Of a DNA stretch of 64,000 bases, positions 1-9,164 are shown one piece after another; position 1 is the first letter of the stretch, and the number at the start of each line of letters is the position of its first letter. Source of the stretch: Desulfurococcaceae archaeon (lineage in GTDB: Archaea; Thermoproteota; Thermoprotei_A; Sulfolobales; Desulfurococcaceae); assembly GCA_038888155.1 (NCBI GenBank), contig JAWAJB010000002.1, forward strand, positions 224,001 to 288,000, written 5' to 3'. The notes beneath the pieces were generated by a model. The model worked only from the letters and a program-made list of their open reading frames with translations, made no database searches and was not told the origin of the DNA. The position numbers were made by a program, and so were the translations under genes.

Positions 1-273
1 GTGTTCCCAAACTTAATATCCGATATCATTGTTTTGTTCGTGTTATCTATTCCCGATGCCATGTTGACAAGTGCGGCACTAAGTTTTTTGGGGTTAGGAG
101 TTCAACCTCCAACGCCAGAGTGGGGTGCAATGCTGGCCGATGGTAGATTATACTTTACTAGAGCCCCTTGGATAACTATATTCCCCGGTATGTTCCTTGT
201 TTTAACAGCCTTAAGCTTAAATATTCTTGGCGATGTACTACGTGATTTGACTGCTCCAAGGCTACGGGGGTAA
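1..273 (+). CDS. dppC: Peptide ABC transporter permease (DppC/OppC family), 5'-truncated by the window edge
   Basis: C-terminal signature AALSFLGLGVQPPTPEWGAML...LNILGDVLRD; lies directly upstream of two ABC ATPases. Confidence 0.9.
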   Translation: MFPNLISDIIVLFVLSIPDAMLTSAALSFLGLGVQPPTPEWGAMLADGRLYFTRAPWITIFPGMFLVLTALSLNILGDVLRDLTAPRLRG

Positions 274-280
274 CTGGTAA

Positions 281-1255
281 ATGTACACGCAACTACTTCA
301 GGTAAGGAACTTAGTGGTGTATTACGCAACTAGGCATGGAGTCGTAAAAGCCGTGGACGGCATGTCGTTTCATGTGGGCAAGGGTGAAAAAGTTTGCTTA
401 ATAGGAGAAAGTGGTTCTGGTAAATCAACAGTAGCCCTTTCAATAATGAAGCTGTTGCCAAAAAACGCTACAGTTGAGGGGGAAATAATATTTGAAGGCA
501 TTAATTTGCTGAACTTGAGCGAAGATGATATGCGTAAGATTAGAGGCAGTGAAATATCAATGGTGTTTCAAGATCCGCTGACTGCTCTTAATCCGCTTTT
601 AACTATTGGGTTACAGTGTAGTGAACCTTACGAAGAACACTTGAAAATAAGTAGAAGGGAGGCTATGACCAAAGCTATTGATATGCTGAAAAAAGTGAAA
701 ATACCATCTGCTGAAATTGCCATAAGGAGATATCCACATACATTTAGTGGCGGTATGAGGCAGAGAAGCCTTATTGCTATGATGCTTTCTCTCAAGCCTA
801 AATTGATTGTTGCAGATGAGCCATTTTCTGCCTTAGATGTATCTCTGCAGGTAGGTGTTATGCAACTACTAAATGAATTAATAAAGGATTCGGGTGCATC
901 GTTGTTGTTGATAACACATGATTTGGGAGTTGCCGCTGAAATGTGTGATAGAGTTGTTGTGATGTATGCTGGCAAACTCCTTGAGGAATCGGATGTCTTT
1001 AACATCTTTGATAATCCTAAGCATCCCTATACACAAGGACTTCTGAGCTCTCTCCCTACGCCAGATAAAATCCTTAAGAAATCGGAGCTACCCATGATGA
1101 GAGGGCTTCCCCCAAGCCTAGTAAACCCTCCACCTGGTTGTAGATTCCACCCTAGGTGCCCATTCGCTACAGAGAAGTGCAGCAGGGAGGAACCCCCCCT
1201 CGTTGAAATAGATAGAGGCCACAAAGTAGCTTGTTGGCTACAAAAAGGTGTTTAA
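281..1255 (+). CDS. dppD: Oligo/dipeptide ABC transporter ATP-binding protein (DppD/OppD)
   Basis: Walker A GESGSGKS, signature FSGGMRQR, Walker B IVADEP, C-terminal oligo_HPY domain with GCRFHPRC...C...VAC. Confidence 0.95.
   Translation: MYTQLLQVRNLVVYYATRHGVVKAVDGMSFHVGKGEKVCLIGESGSGKSTVALSIMKLLPKNATVEGEIIFEGINLLNLSEDDMRKIRGSEISMVFQDPLTALNPLLTIGLQCSEPYEEHLKISRREAMTKAIDMLKKVKIPSAEIAIRRYPHTFSGGMRQRSLIAMMLSLKPKLIVADEPFSALDVSLQVGVMQLLNELIKDSGASLLLITHDLGVAAEMCDRVVVMYAGKLLEESDVFNIFDNPKHPYTQGLLSSLPTPDKILKKSELPMMRGLPPSLVNPPPGCRFHPRCPFATEKCSREEPPLVEIDRGHKVACWLQKGV
1108..1235 (+). repeat. 128-bp near-identical repeat, copy 1 (3' end of dppD)
   Basis: Manual alignment with 2079-2206 shows 3 mismatches in 128 bp, all synonymous. 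Confidence 0.95.
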
Positions 1256-1257
1256 AC

Positions 1258-2241
1258 ATGACGCTTCTAAATGTAGAAAATCTAAAGAAATACTTTCCAC
1301 TAAAAAGATTTGCATTTTTAGGGGGAGGTCTGTATGTTAGAGCTGTTGACGATGTATCTTTCACGCTAAATTATGCCGAAAGCGTGGGAATAGTTGGTGA
1401 GAGCGGTTCTGGAAAAACTACGCTTGGATACGTCGTAGCAGGTCTGGAGAAACCAACTAGTGGGAGAATGACATTAGATGGCATAGATATAACTCGTAAG
1501 ATGCCCAAGGCGTTAAGAGGGACTGTTCAAATAGTATTTCAAGACCCCAGATCCTCTTTTGATCCTAGGCTCAAGGTATTAGACTCTGTTGTAGAGCCAT
1601 TGATGATACTTGGTGGAACTAACTTAACAAAGGACGAAGCTATAGAAAGGGCTATAGAGCTCGGTAGATCAATTGGTTTAGATGAGGAGCAACTAAATAA
1701 ATATCCACATGAGTTGAGCGGCGGTCAAATTCAGAGAGTAGCCATTGCAAGGGCTTTAATAACCAACCCAAAGCTAGTCGTCCTCGATGAACCAACTTCT
1801 GCGCTAGACGTTTCGCTTAGATCTCAGATCTTAAATTTGCTGATGAAAATTAAACAACAAATGAGACTTACCTATCTAATAATATCTCACGACATGTTTA
1901 CAATTAGTTATATGAGCGAGAGAATAATGACTATGTACGCGGGTAAAGTGGTTGAAGAAGCCGTCACAGATAATATACTGAACAAACCGCTACATCCCTA
2001 TACACTGGCCCTCATTACCTCTACACCTACCCCAAACCCCCATCTTAGAAACCGTAAACGGCTGATTTTGCAGGGCGATCCCCCAAGCCTAGTAAACCCT
2101 CCACCTGGTTGTAGGTTTCACCCTAGGTGCCCATTTGCTACAGAGAAGTGCAGCAGGGAGGAACCCCCCCTCGTTGAAATAGATAGAGGCCACAAAGTAG
2201 CTTGTTACAATATTGAAAAAGTTGAAAAAGGGATTGCTTAG
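1258..2241 (+). CDS. dppF: Oligo/dipeptide ABC transporter ATP-binding protein (DppF/OppF)
   Basis: GESGSGKT, LSGGQIQR, VVLDEPTSALD, HPYT, GCRFHPRC. ATG at 1258, 2 nt after the dppD stop, preferred over TTG at 1231. Confidence 0.95.
   Translation: MTLLNVENLKKYFPLKRFAFLGGGLYVRAVDDVSFTLNYAESVGIVGESGSGKTTLGYVVAGLEKPTSGRMTLDGIDITRKMPKALRGTVQIVFQDPRSSFDPRLKVLDSVVEPLMILGGTNLTKDEAIERAIELGRSIGLDEEQLNKYPHELSGGQIQRVAIARALITNPKLVVLDEPTSALDVSLRSQILNLLMKIKQQMRLTYLIISHDMFTISYMSERIMTMYAGKVVEEAVTDNILNKPLHPYTLALITSTPTPNPHLRNRKRLILQGDPPSLVNPPPGCRFHPRCPFATEKCSREEPPLVEIDRGHKVACYNIEKVEKGIA
2079..2206 (+). repeat. 128-bp near-identical repeat, copy 2 (3' end of dppF)
   Basis: Matches 1108-1235; both encode PPSLVNPPPGCRFHPRCPFATEKCSREEPPLVEIDRGHKVAC. 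Confidence 0.95.
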
Positions 2242-2463
2242 ATCGAAACGACACAGACGAGTCTAGCGAGCAAATACCAAAGCTATTTAGTTAAAATTTT
2301 CCCGAACAACATTTTGCAATGAGAACGCGAGCTACTTTTCTCTCATTGACTATTCTGGAAGGCTACTTTGAATAGGCTAAGGAGTATACGAATAACCAGC
2401 TGCTAAAAACGAAGTGTGATAGGTATAAAAATTACGCTAACTATTTAAGAACTGGGTGTTATT

Positions 2464-4149
2464 GTGAAAGCGATATCGAGGACTATGATAGTTGCCCTCA
2501 TGGTTGTTATAGTGGCTATCGCTATTATAGCAGCAGTGCTAATAACGCCAACTCCTTCTCCAATCACTACTCAAACTCCAACAACAACCCCTACTCCCAC
2601 TCCTACTACGATTGGGCTGTTCAGAATAGGGCACAACTATGAACCCGATACTCTAGATCTTCACGCAACAACTTGGGCCGATATAACCTCGTCGTTGATT
2701 TACGGTACTTACTTAATACGTGATTGGCGCAATGGTGAATTTCTTGGGTACTTGGCTGAGAGATGGTGGTTTGGTGAACAGGGCAAGGAGGTCTACATCA
2801 AGCTAAAATCAAATCTAAAATTCGCTAATGGTGAGCCGATAAATGCGAGTGTAATTAAGTACACGTATGAAAGAATGCTTAGTAAAAATGCACCAACACT
2901 AGGCACTTTCGGCAAGCTGGAGCGTGTTGAAGTGGTTGATAACCTCACAGCCAAACTGGTGTTTAAAGAACCTTTTGCCCCACTATTGATAACATTAATA
3001 AATAGCTATCACGGCGTTTTTCCACCCGGGTATATTGGCTCTGTTGGCGATATTGAGTTCGGCCGCAAGCCCCTCAGCGCAGGCTATTTCTACGTTGTAG
3101 AGTGGAAAGTTGGGGATTATATCCTTTATGAACGTAACCCACATTACATAAGGAGAGCTGATGTCGGGGGACAAGGGCCTTTACCCATTGAGAAGATACA
3201 ATTAAAGTTTATACGGGATCCCGCAGGCCTGGTATCATCCTTGCTGGCAGGAGACGTTGATTTAATAACTACTATACCCCCAGATCTTTACCCCGAGCTT
3301 CTCCAAAGAAATGGATCAGATATAATTGTTGCTACATACCCCGGCATTCAACTAAACTACTTTGGTTTCAACACCATTAAGTGGCCATTCAGCGACGTTA
3401 ATGTAAGGCGCGCAGTATCGGTAGTTCTGGGAGGCACAGATATACGCGAGGGACTAAATCAGATCTTAAGTGGATTAACGTACCCTATATGGGGTCCTCT
3501 TGTACCCACAATAGCTGGCTACAATGGAGAAATGGAGAAATATGCTCAGGATGTAAATTACTATAACTTATCTTTGTCTGAGAGAATAAAGAAGGCTCAC
3601 GAAATCCTCAAGGCAGCTGGATGGGAGGACCGAGATGGCGACGGCATATTAGAGTACACTAACGGAACTAAATTCGAGTTCCCGCTGCTAGTACCTAGCG
3701 AATTTTTTGATGTTAAAGAGGCTGAATTCTTGACAAACATTTTAGGCCAAGCTGGTATGAAATTCAATATACAAGTCATGGATACTGTAACGATAAGAGA
3801 CAAATATTTATTAAAAGCGGAACACTATGCTTTTCTATACATATATGGTTACCAGGATGCCATGATACTGAGGTATCTTTTCCACAGTACCGGCGTCAAA
3901 AGAACGTGGTTTAATACCCCTGAACTCGATGAATTACTTGATAAAGTTACTACAGTTGTTGATCCAGTAGAAAGACAGAAGTATATAGATGCAGCTCAAA
4001 AGATATTAATTGACAATTCGCCGTGGGTACCTCTATATGCTCCCAAGTCTGCTATGGCCTGGCGCTCTGAGTACACAGGTTTGATAATTAACGAATACGA
4101 AGGAGGGACTCTACTCTTCGAGCTAGTGTCTAAGAAAATTGGGGGCTAA
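2464..4149 (+). CDS. dppA: Peptide ABC transporter substrate-binding protein (family 5, DppA-like)
   Basis: N-terminal hydrophobic anchor, Thr/Pro linker, EPDTLD, KFANGEPINA, ALLAGDVD-like motif, GWEDRDGDGILE; GGGTG RBS before the GTG start. Confidence 0.92.
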   Translation: MKAISRTMIVALMVVIVAIAIIAAVLITPTPSPITTQTPTTTPTPTPTTIGLFRIGHNYEPDTLDLHATTWADITSSLIYGTYLIRDWRNGEFLGYLAERWWFGEQGKEVYIKLKSNLKFANGEPINASVIKYTYERMLSKNAPTLGTFGKLERVEVVDNLTAKLVFKEPFAPLLITLINSYHGVFPPGYIGSVGDIEFGRKPLSAGYFYVVEWKVGDYILYERNPHYIRRADVGGQGPLPIEKIQLKFIRDPAGLVSSLLAGDVDLITTIPPDLYPELLQRNGSDIIVATYPGIQLNYFGFNTIKWPFSDVNVRRAVSVVLGGTDIREGLNQILSGLTYPIWGPLVPTIAGYNGEMEKYAQDVNYYNLSLSERIKKAHEILKAAGWEDRDGDGILEYTNGTKFEFPLLVPSEFFDVKEAEFLTNILGQAGMKFNIQVMDTVTIRDKYLLKAEHYAFLYIYGYQDAMILRYLFHSTGVKRTWFNTPELDELLDKVTTVVDPVERQKYIDAAQKILIDNSPWVPLYAPKSAMAWRSEYTGLIINEYEGGTLLFELVSKKIGG

Positions 4150-4165
4150 GGGCAATTTAGGTCAA

Positions 4166-4180
4166 TCTTTTTTGTTTTTC
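4166..4180 (+). terminator. Putative oligo-T archaeal terminator after dppA
   Basis: TCTTTTTTTGTTTTT shortly after the stop codon at 4149. Confidence 0.45.
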
Positions 4181-4214
4181 TATTCGGCTGTTATGAAAGA
4201 AGGGGTAATACGTT

Positions 4215-5111
4215 TTGACAGACAATCTTGAAAAGATCATCCAAGAGACTTCGCTTAAATTTATTGAGAGATACAAAGCTCGAGTAGGTATAGGTGTTAA
4301 GGACCTTAAAAGCGGAAAGGAATATTACATAAATGGAGATATTCGCTTCCAGCCTGCTAGCGTATTCAAGATATTTATACTTTCAACGCTATATGATCAA
4401 GCTGTAAAAGGCAACGTAGATTTAGATAAAATGATCTCCATTGATGATCAAGAAATATCTCCAGGCTCCGGTATATTAAGACATTTTACAGGTAAGTATT
4501 CTTTTAAAATAAGGGATCTAGCTGGACTTATGATGATCTTAAGTGATAATACTGCTACAGACCTTATTCTCAATTTAGTTGGCAAAGATAATGTTAATGA
4601 AACTATTAAAAGATATGGGCTTCATGACTCCAAGGTAGTATATTCATGCAAAGAGCTGATTTTCAAAGCTTTGGGTACAAGCGATCCTCGGCTGTTAGCT
4701 CGAAGGCTTAAGTCAAGGAGACCGAAGATTGATCTAGACTTTCTTAGAAACTACGAAACCAACAATGTAACAACACCCCGGGATATAGTGAAGATATTAG
4801 AGCTTCTTTATTACAGAAAAATTCTAACTCCAGTGGCTTGCAATGAGATTATTGACATCATGAAAAGGTGCCAAACCGGTGAGGCGAGAATGAAAAGATA
4901 TCTGCCGCCAAGCGTAGAGGTAGCTCATAAAACTGGAACTATTGCTGGCATTGTAAACGACGCTGGAATAGTGTTTTGCGGTAAAAGAGATTTCATTCTC
5001 GCAATTTTCCTCAATGAAATTCCTCTCCGCAATGGCCGCTATGTTGCTATTGGAGAAGACTTTATTGCTAAACTATCGTATAAAGTTTATAGGGCCATAA
5101 TATCTTCGTAG
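4215..5111 (+). CDS. Class A beta-lactamase-like serine hydrolase (Beta-lactamase2 family)
   Basis: SxxK (ASVFK), SDN (LSDNTATD), TTPRD and KTG (AHKTGT...NDAGIV) motifs in canonical order; no signal peptide. Confidence 0.88.
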   Translation: MTDNLEKIIQETSLKFIERYKARVGIGVKDLKSGKEYYINGDIRFQPASVFKIFILSTLYDQAVKGNVDLDKMISIDDQEISPGSGILRHFTGKYSFKIRDLAGLMMILSDNTATDLILNLVGKDNVNETIKRYGLHDSKVVYSCKELIFKALGTSDPRLLARRLKSRRPKIDLDFLRNYETNNVTTPRDIVKILELLYYRKILTPVACNEIIDIMKRCQTGEARMKRYLPPSVEVAHKTGTIAGIVNDAGIVFCGKRDFILAIFLNEIPLRNGRYVAIGEDFIAKLSYKVYRAIISS

Positions 5112-5207
5112 TAACAGGAAAACTCTTTTTTATTGACTCACATAAACTATAAATTTTTATAATACCTTCGAGAGTAATAATCATTAACCGATTATTGGTA
5201 GATTCAG

Positions 5208-6830
5208 ATGAGCTCTAGTTGTTATGATATATTAATTAAAGAAGCCCTCATTGTCGATGGAAGTGGTTCCCCCTTCATTAGGGGAGATATAGGTATTAGC
5301 GATGGTAAAATATCCAGATTGGGTCTAGATCTTGGTAATTGTGCTGAAACAGTTATTAATGCTAACAGGCTAATCGTATCCCCTGGCTTTATAGATATGC
5401 ATTCCCATGGTGACTATACATTACTTGCTATGCCCCGCGCCGAGAGCTCTGTTCTTCAAGGCGTTACAACAGTAGTTATTGGCAATTGCGGGAACTCCCT
5501 TGCACCCATTACCAAGAAAAACTTCGAGCTGTTCAAAAACTTTATGAGCCCGTCCCTTGTACAAGGTTACGATTATGGATGGGATTGGAGAAGTACGAAA
5601 GAATTCGCGGAAAAACTAGAGAGGAGAGGTATCTCTGTTAACGTAGTTATGCTTACAGGGCACAATACAATAAGGATTGCCGTTAAAGGTTTGGATTCAA
5701 GTCCTCCTACAAAAAATGAGCTCGAGGAAATGAAAGAGCTTCTTAGGGAATCAATCGAGCAGGGCTCTTGGGGTTTATCTACAGGGTTGATATACGTCCC
5801 AGGCTCCTATTCTAACAAGGAGGAAATAATGGAGCTAGCCAAGGTTCTTAAGGAATTCCATAAAAGACTGATCTACTCTACTCACATGAGAAACGAAGGA
5901 AAGTATCTTTTGGAGTCAGTTGAGGAGGCAATAGAAATAGGCGAAAAAGCCGGCGTCCCTGTTCACATTTCTCACCTCAAAGCAAGCGGCAAGTCTAATT
6001 GGGGCAAGGTAGTAGCAGCCCTGAGATTGATGAGTAGGGCAAGGGAAAGGGGGGTAGATATTACCTGTGATGTCTACCCCTATACAGCTGGTAGTACGCG
6101 AATTACAGCTATATTGCCAGACTGGGTTATTGAGGGAGGATTAGATAATACACTTAAGCGACTCAGCGACCCTTCCACCCGTGAAAAAATAATGAGAGAT
6201 ATTGAAGAAGATCGCATGAGAAACGAGAACTTCATTAAGAGTTGTGGTTGGGACAATATATACATAGCTAGATGCCCAGCATATAAAGAGTTTGAAGGCA
6301 AATCACTACGTGATATCCTATATGGTTTAGGGGACATCTATGAAAACTTCTTTAATTTCTTAGTGAAAGTTCAACTTAATGCATACATAGTAATATTCTA
6401 CGGCGATGAAGAAGATGTAGAAGCTGTATTAAAGCATCCACTTTCGTGCGTGGGGTCAGACTCAAGTCCGATATCTCCGGAATTTGGCGGAAAACCCCAC
6501 CCAAGGGCATATGGCACCTTTCCACGAGTCCTGGGTAGATACGTTAGAGAAAGGAGATTAATTACTATTGAAGAAGCAATTAGGAAGATGACCTCTATGC
6601 CTGCAACTAAGCTAGGCATATCTGATAGAGGGCTAATAAGGCAGGGATTCTTTGCAGATTTAGTGATTTTTGATCCCAACAAGGTTATCGACAATGCGAC
6701 TTTTGGAGATCCTCATCGCTATCCATCTGGAATAAATTACGTTATAGTTAATGGTCAAATTGTCGTCGATCAAGGAGTTCACACCAATAAATTTCCCGGA
6801 AAAGTGTTAAGGTCTCAGCCGTATAAGTAA
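5208..6830 (+). CDS. N-acyl-D-amino-acid deacylase (D-aminoacylase), amidohydrolase superfamily
   Basis: PGFIDMHSH, GNCG, THMRNEG, HISHLK, GSD and PHPRAYGTFPRVLG motifs. Confidence 0.93.
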   Translation: MSSSCYDILIKEALIVDGSGSPFIRGDIGISDGKISRLGLDLGNCAETVINANRLIVSPGFIDMHSHGDYTLLAMPRAESSVLQGVTTVVIGNCGNSLAPITKKNFELFKNFMSPSLVQGYDYGWDWRSTKEFAEKLERRGISVNVVMLTGHNTIRIAVKGLDSSPPTKNELEEMKELLRESIEQGSWGLSTGLIYVPGSYSNKEEIMELAKVLKEFHKRLIYSTHMRNEGKYLLESVEEAIEIGEKAGVPVHISHLKASGKSNWGKVVAALRLMSRARERGVDITCDVYPYTAGSTRITAILPDWVIEGGLDNTLKRLSDPSTREKIMRDIEEDRMRNENFIKSCGWDNIYIARCPAYKEFEGKSLRDILYGLGDIYENFFNFLVKVQLNAYIVIFYGDEEDVEAVLKHPLSCVGSDSSPISPEFGGKPHPRAYGTFPRVLGRYVRERRLITIEEAIRKMTSMPATKLGISDRGLIRQGFFADLVIFDPNKVIDNATFGDPHRYPSGINYVIVNGQIVVDQGVHTNKFPGKVLRSQPYK

Positions 6831-6928
6831 TTTTAAACTTTTTTGATCATTCTAGCTTTAAACAAAACTGATTGTGAATATGAGTTTAGTTTAAAAAAGG
6901 ATTATACGTTTGTAGTTTAGGTGGAAAT

Positions 6929-7348
6929 GTGAGCGAAAAGCCACTGGCCGCATTTATACTTATATTAATTAGTGGAGTAATGATGGTTGTTTCGAGCATT
7001 CTGTTCATGATAGGAGCCAGCTTGTTCATCCAGATACCGCGTTTCTTCCCTCGGCTGATTGCATCGTTAGCACTTGTCATAGGATTTGCCGGAGGAATAT
7101 TGGGGATCTTAATTTTGTTGGGGGCATTTATGATAAACACTGGAAACCCCAACAAGGTGCGAACGTGGTCTATTATAGTATTAGTGGCGTGTGTTTTAAG
7201 CATATTGCCCCCAATTAATGTCTCAACGCTGTTCGGTGGCATTTTCATAGGTTTTACATTTGGAATAGTGGGAGCTATTTTGGGATTAACTTGGAGACCA
7301 CTGCCAAAAGAAAAGAAGTTTACAGAAACGCCACCATCTAAGGCGTAA
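6929..7348 (+). CDS. Four-TM membrane protein of unknown function
   Basis: Four hydrophobic segments, GG..IGF..GIVGAIL motif, GGTGG RBS upstream. Confidence 0.7.
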   Translation: MSEKPLAAFILILISGVMMVVSSILFMIGASLFIQIPRFFPRLIASLALVIGFAGGILGILILLGAFMINTGNPNKVRTWSIIVLVACVLSILPPINVSTLFGGIFIGFTFGIVGAILGLTWRPLPKEKKFTETPPSKA

Positions 7349-7576
7349 GATGAGCACTCTAAGTTTACAAAGACGGCGTATTCTTTGTCATTCACCGCGA
7401 ATCAATTTTGTTTTTGATCTCTATTGCACGTTAGAAGGATAAACAACGTACACGTTATCGTGAGGATTGAGAGTTCTATAACTCAAAGATCCTACTAAAT
7501 AATTTTGACGGCTCTTTCTAAGCCTCAATAGATAAATCTTATAAATGATTACAAATGTGATTATACTTGCAAGTAG

Positions 7577-8356
7577 GTGTTCATATTGAAATATCAAGAG
7601 TGGTTTAATTACGTACATGGTAAAATTAAGAGCGGAAAACCGCTCTTAGGAGCATGGATAACTTTGCCTTATCCTGATGTAACCGAGGTGTTGAGCAATC
7701 TGCCCTTTGATTGGTTCCTAATCGACATGGAACATTCTCCGATTGATATTTCCCAGATCTCTCCACTACTCATGAGCATTAAAGAAACAAACGTTGTCCC
7801 AATCACGAGGGTTCCCTGGAATGACTTTGTAGCAATAAAGAGAGTTCTAGACCTCGGTGTTGCGGGAGTGTTGGTGCCTTGGGTCAACAGCAAGGAAGAG
7901 GCCATCAAGGCCGTTGAGGCTGTGAGATATCCGCCACTGGGAATTCGGGGAGTCGGTCCCAGAAGGTGTGTTAAATATGGTTTTGAAAATGTTGTTCAGT
8001 ATTTCAATGAGTGGAGCAAATATGCAATAGTTATAACTCAAATAGAGACTAAAAAGGCCTATGAAAATCTCGAGGAGATAATATCTGTTGACGGCGTTAC
8101 AGGCATATTAATAGGTCCGTCAGATCTGTCTGCATCACTTGGCATGTTTGGTAAGGCGAATACCCCGGAGTTTGAAAATATACTGAGGGATATTGCAACT
8201 AGAGCGAAACCGTATGAAAAAATAATTGGTATATTCGCACCAAATCCAGAGTTCGCGCTCAAGGCTTATAAGCTAGGTTACAACTTCATAGCGCTCTCGC
8301 ATGACATCACCTATCTAATTGAAGGCGCCAAAAAGTTCCTCGGGATGTTTCAATAA
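7577..8356 (+). CDS. HpcH/HpaI-family class II pyruvate aldolase
   Basis: DWFLIDMEHSP, KRVLDLG..GVLVP, RYPPLGIRG, QIET, IGPSDLS. True start may be TTG at 7586. Confidence 0.92.
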   Translation: MFILKYQEWFNYVHGKIKSGKPLLGAWITLPYPDVTEVLSNLPFDWFLIDMEHSPIDISQISPLLMSIKETNVVPITRVPWNDFVAIKRVLDLGVAGVLVPWVNSKEEAIKAVEAVRYPPLGIRGVGPRRCVKYGFENVVQYFNEWSKYAIVITQIETKKAYENLEEIISVDGVTGILIGPSDLSASLGMFGKANTPEFENILRDIATRAKPYEKIIGIFAPNPEFALKAYKLGYNFIALSHDITYLIEGAKKFLGMFQ

Positions 8357-8550
8357 CTATTGTAAGCTAAAAATTGAAAATAAAGTTTTTTACTCTTCAA
8401 TTTTTAGTTCATAAAATTGCTCGAAGAAGGCTTTCCTGTTAATCGCGATGGACGATAAAGCTAAAAATGTTCTATTCATGTTAGTTGTGCATTATTTGTT
8501 CTACATTCTCTATATTAAAATTGTCAAAAAGACGGATAAGTGTAAGAAAT

Positions 8551-8563
8551 AGAAAGTTTATAT
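8551..8563 (+). promoter_or_regulatory. BRE/TATA promoter of the hxlB-pfkB pair
   Basis: AGAAAG-TTTATAT about 32 nt upstream of the GTG at 8595. Confidence 0.55.
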
Positions 8564-8594
8564 TTTTCCTTGGATAACTTTTTTAGGTGGTGTC

Positions 8595-9152
8595 GTGGAT
8601 TTATTCAACTTTCATAACTCGCTCAAAGAAATAGCTTGCCATGTAAAGGAGCTTGAAAATAAAGTAAATGGGGAATCAATTGATCAGCTTATTAGAACTA
8701 TGCTAGAGTCCGACAGGATATTTGTTTATGGAGCCGGTAGATCTGGCCTTATGGGAAAAGCATTTGCCCAGAGGTTGATGCACATAGGCCGGCAGGTCTT
8801 TGTGATTGGAGAAACACTAGTCACTGCGATGAAGAAAGGTGATGCCTTTATTCTTATTTCGGGTAGCGGTCAAACACCATCTACAGTATGTCTTGCCAAG
8901 AAGGCAAAAGAGCTCGGTGTGAAAATAGTGACAATTACTGCCCACCCGGAAAGCCAATTAGGCACAATATCCGACATTATTGTCCATATACCGAGCAAAA
9001 CTAAGCTGCTAGAAAAACCATCTTATGCCCCTTTCACAGCCTTGTTCGACATTTCTGTTTTGGCGGTATTAGACTCTGTTATATCTGAAGTTATGAGTCG
9101 ATTAGGTTTACAAGAAGAAGATATCTTTAGGAGACACGCAAATGTAGAGTAG
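8595..9152 (+). CDS. hxlB: 6-phospho-3-hexuloisomerase-like SIS-domain sugar isomerase
   Basis: FVYGAGRSGL..KAFA.RLMH.G, ISGSG.T and C-terminal RHANVE. Confidence 0.85.
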   Translation: MDLFNFHNSLKEIACHVKELENKVNGESIDQLIRTMLESDRIFVYGAGRSGLMGKAFAQRLMHIGRQVFVIGETLVTAMKKGDAFILISGSGQTPSTVCLAKKAKELGVKIVTITAHPESQLGTISDIIVHIPSKTKLLEKPSYAPFTALFDISVLAVLDSVISEVMSRLGLQEEDIFRRHANVE

Positions 9153-9164
9153 GAGAAGATCCCT

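Noticed and set aside
2548-2610. Thr/Pro low-complexity repeat in dppA
   Set aside because: Ordinary linker of archaeal substrate-binding proteins.
6886-7395. 169-aa minus-strand ORF
   Set aside because: Antisense to the more plausible membrane-protein gene 6929-7348.
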